Shown here in pieces: positions 63,480-64,000 of a stretch of 64,000 bases of DNA; position 1 is the stretch's first letter, and each line of letters starts with the position of its first letter. This DNA is from an uncultured Methylomirabilota bacterium. Lineage in GTDB: Bacteria; Methylomirabilota; Methylomirabilia; Methylomirabilales; 2-02-FULL-66-22. The notes below the pieces were generated by a model. It was given only the letters and a program-made list of their open reading frames with translations, was not told where the DNA came from and did no database searches. The stretch spans positions 1,088,001 through 1,152,000 of the forward strand of contig CAWJSJ010000002.1 in assembly GCA_963845565.1 (NCBI GenBank). Direction: 5' to 3'. Both the position numbers and the translations under genes were made by a program.

Positions 63480-63562
63480 CGGGCCGAAAAGCTGTTCGAT
63501 AAATTTCCCGGGGCCAAGATAGGAAGGAACGAGAGGAGTAGTGTCCACCTCTATTAATTCCG

Positions 63563-63591
63563 TTGACGTATATGTACGTTATGCATATACT
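63563..63591 (+). promoter_or_regulatory. brnTA promoter with overlapping palindromic operator
   Basis: TTGACG-N17-TATACT; GTATATG-N9-CATATAC inverted repeat. Confidence 0.75.
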
Positions 63592-63596
63592 GTTCA

Positions 63597-63863
63597 ATGC
63601 GCTTCCAATTTGATCCAACGAAGGCAGCGAATAACCTCAGGAAGCACGGCGTGTCGTTTGCCGATGCCGAAGGCGTGTTCCTCGATCCGTTCGCGATACA
63701 CCGAGAAGATCCCGACGCCGAAGGCGAAAAGCGATTCGTCGCTGTCGGGTTGGGAAGTGCTGGGCAATCGCTCGTGGTTGTGTACGCGCTTCGCGACGAT
63801 GAGATCCGAGTGATTTCTGCGCGCCGTGCCACACGGCGAGAAGTGAGGGATTATGAAGGCTGA
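63597..63863 (+). CDS. brnT: BrnT family toxin
   Basis: FQFDPTKAANNLRKHGVSF...EKRF...IRVISARRAT. Confidence 0.92.
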   Translation: MRFQFDPTKAANNLRKHGVSFADAEGVFLDPFAIHREDPDAEGEKRFVAVGLGSAGQSLVVVYALRDDEIRVISARRATRREVRDYEG

Positions 63864-64000
63864 GTACGACTTCTCGAAAGGCAAGCGCGGCGCGCTGCTC
63901 TCCGCAGGGGGCAAGACGCGGATTACGATATACATCGACAATGCAATTCTTGACGAATTCCGTGCTCGTGCCGAGAAGGCGGGGACGGGCTACCAGACCA
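63853..64000 (+). CDS. brnA: BrnA family antitoxin (3' end outside window)
   Basis: MKAEYDFSKGKRG...KTRITIYID...GYQT overlapping the brnT stop. Confidence 0.88.
   Translation, partial: MKAEYDFSKGKRGALLSAGGKTRITIYIDNAILDEFRARAEKAGTGYQT

Overview
High-GC bacterial chromosomal window, densely coding, with no rRNA, tRNA or CRISPR array seen. Several isolated frameshifts and one heavily frameshifted gene suggest a long-read or metagenomic assembly. Content in order: ydbH/ydbL-like lipid-transport genes; an NMT1/SsuA-type ABC + DapA-like + OYE operon; a liv-type ABC operon with iorAB embedded and an ABC ATPase::phenylacetate-CoA-ligase fusion; recQ; a c-di-GMP cluster (coiled-coil-PilZ protein behind a sigma54-like site, tandem PilZ, GAF-GGDEF, with an HD-GYP gene nearby); upp-uraA; hcp with an FNR-type box; PNP; plant-type glucuronokinase-like kinase + galU; moxR-DUF58-transglutaminase; a GGT-family (HpxW-like) enzyme; a Tat dipeptidase behind a candidate attenuator; a disrupted aldo-keto reductase; imuA-imuB-dnaE2; an NTF2/ABC/DUF1116/deaminase cluster; TRAP + aminotransferase; brnTA. 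The most notable non-genic signals are four copies of a ~125-bp covarying palindromic element, each starting exactly at a stop codon; a 51-bp TIR/TAA mini-element; an internally deleted RAYT-like remnant between inverted repeats; and a structured leader with an intrinsic terminator. All family calls come from recognised motifs, not database searches.
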